Below, piece by piece: positions 62,213 through 64,000 of a stretch of DNA of 64,000 nucleotides. The notes under the pieces were generated by a model. That model was not told the DNA's origin, searched no databases, and worked only from the letters and a program-made list of their open reading frames with translations. The DNA comes from Selaginella moellendorffii (lineage: Eukaryota; Plantae; Lycopodiophyta): contig NW_003314261.1 in NCBI RefSeq assembly GCF_000143415.4, forward strand, positions 682,001 to 746,000, read 5' to 3'. Position 1 is the first letter of the stretch. Each line of letters starts with the position of its first letter. The position numbers and the translations under genes were made by a program.

Positions 62213-62929
62213 TCCCTGTCTCTAAATAAAATAGTGGAATTTCGTAAGAAGATGGGTAGTATCCAATAGGATTCAATCTCTAGCGAGCGAACCGTCGAGT
62301 CCGTGAGAAGAAGTTCTTCCTCCTTGAGAGAAACAAAAGAAATGATGGAGTGCTTTTTACTTTTTTATTTTAGCCGCGAGACCACCTGTCGTGGCATCAA
62401 GACAACTTTGGAAGATCCAAGTCTCTAAATTGCGACACTAAGCACCAGATCAACAACTCTTCCTTGTGTTCCTCTAGGATCTCTGCCAAGTCTCTCCCGG
62501 ACAAATTGGTGGACACAAGTTTTCTTTGGGAATGATTCATAGGATCTTCGCAAGAATGAGGTGCCTGGAGTTCGTTCTTGCTCACGAACGATCAAGGTCT
62601 GGGACTCAAGCCATATGCTCTGGTGCGTCAAGACTTTCACCAGCAGCTAGATGAAAAAATAGAAGCAAACACATTGTCAATCCAATTTGAGGATTCTTGT
62701 TTAGGGAAGTCTTCACCAGGATATTGGTCATAATTGAAAATCATTGTTCGTTATAGCATCACACTATATTTGCTGACAAGGAAGTTCACCAGACAAGCTT
62801 GTGGCCCAATGTCAGCTCACCCATTAACCAATTTATAATTCTCCAGATGAGAGTTTAAACTTGAACAAACTATTTGTGAGGATTGTTCAGGCTTTCTGTT
62901 GATCTCTACATGTGATCCTCGCGAGCTTA

Positions 62930-63450
62930 CTTCCCCGATTGATGCCCGTGCACGACAGGACGACAACGGAGCAACCTCGTCGAGTGCTACGTCCAGAATG
63001 CTATGTACCAAGGAGGCACCGGAGATTTACAAGGAGATGGTAAGAGAAGAGATCTCCATCGACACTTACACACTTTCCAGCATCTCCTCTAGGCACCCGC
63101 ACTTCGTGAAGAGATGGATCAAAGACGTGGCCACCACCACGTCCTTCTGAAATCCAAGCTCCCCGGCTTTTCACCCCTTCTTTGTCCAAGAGCTTGCATG
63201 CTGCCAGGGCCTTTCGGTCCATGGCAGCAATGCGAGACACACTGGAAGATGCGATCACAGGGGCTGGAGCCGGATGCTTTCACGTACGTAGCAATCCTTG
63301 GAGCTTGCTCAGTCCGGATCCTTTGCGATAACGGCAAGCACATCCACAAGTCACATACTTGAGAGCAAACAACACTTTGGAAACATAAGTGTGAGGAAGA
63401 CGCTCCATCACCATGTATCCGAAGTGTGGACTCCAAGAGCTTGTTCCTCA
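62930..63450 (+). pseudogene. PPR pseudogene fragments
   Basis: EIYKEMVREEISIDTYTLSSI and WKMRSQGLEPDAFTYVAILGACS...GKHIH in different frames. Confidence 0.65.
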
Positions 63451-64000
63451 CCCTGGAGTTGTAAACTGGAATTTGTTCATAAGCCCGCGAGTATCAACGC
63501 TGAGGATCATCAAAAACTTGAGTTTTCCAACAGTATGACAGTCCGAGCATGGCGTCCAAGATGATAAACTGGCATATTATTGCCCGAGATGGAACTCGGT
63601 TTCATCACTTTGATATAGAATTTGCTCTACTGTCTCTCTTTCTTCTGGGATTTTAAGTTTCAGTGATCGAAGATCAAATAGAGATCTCGTCAACCAAAGG
63701 GGGAATTCTACAACATCGGACGTTGGAAAAACCATTGTACGGCAAGACACAAAGAGAAGCAGTGATCACAGTCACTGCTGTTTCTTTCTCATCACCATTT
63801 AAAAGAAAAGAAAAGAAAAGGAAAAAAAAAACGAACCATAATGATGGGATGACTAGTTTCTCGATAGAAGAAGAAATCCTGGAAAACTGTAATTAGCTCC
63901 TAGAGAGCTGCCAGAGAGATTTTTAAACTCCAATCCCTTGAGCTTGCTTCTAAAGCTCCATTGACCGGAGTTTCCCCGGGATGTGATCTCTCACGTTGAA

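Overview
Eukaryotic plant nuclear DNA, most likely from a lycophyte such as Selaginella. This is inferred from very short (about 45-90 nt) introns, many intronless PLS/SS-rich PPR genes, a Tctex flagellar dynein light chain next to a vascular-plant-type CesA and a LAZY gene, and extreme gene compaction. Left end (1-5 kb): an atypical tRNA-Ala, degenerate gene remnants and a complete Cassandra-type TRIM carrying 5S rRNA promoter boxes. Gene-dense core (5-38 kb): four PPR genes, a PI-PLC X-domain gene, a LAZY/DRO1 (IGT) gene, cyclin H, a Tctex-1 light chain, DRP3 dynamin, NdhO and a cellulose synthase. Right part (41-60 kb): a heavily C>T/G>A-decayed retrotransposon nest beside and within a PPR pseudogene, with a four-level stack of LTRs, followed by P450 and PPR pseudogene fragments. 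Most notable are the structure-conserving tRNA-Ala with a non-canonical anticodon loop, the same-strand DRP3-NdhO-PPR array with about 125-bp spacers, the PPR/cyclin H pair whose start codons are 47 bp apart, and a retroelement with about 1.6-kb LTRs around a 125-bp interior. No clearly new multi-gene system could be established from sequence alone. Coordinates were read by hand and may be off by a few bases.
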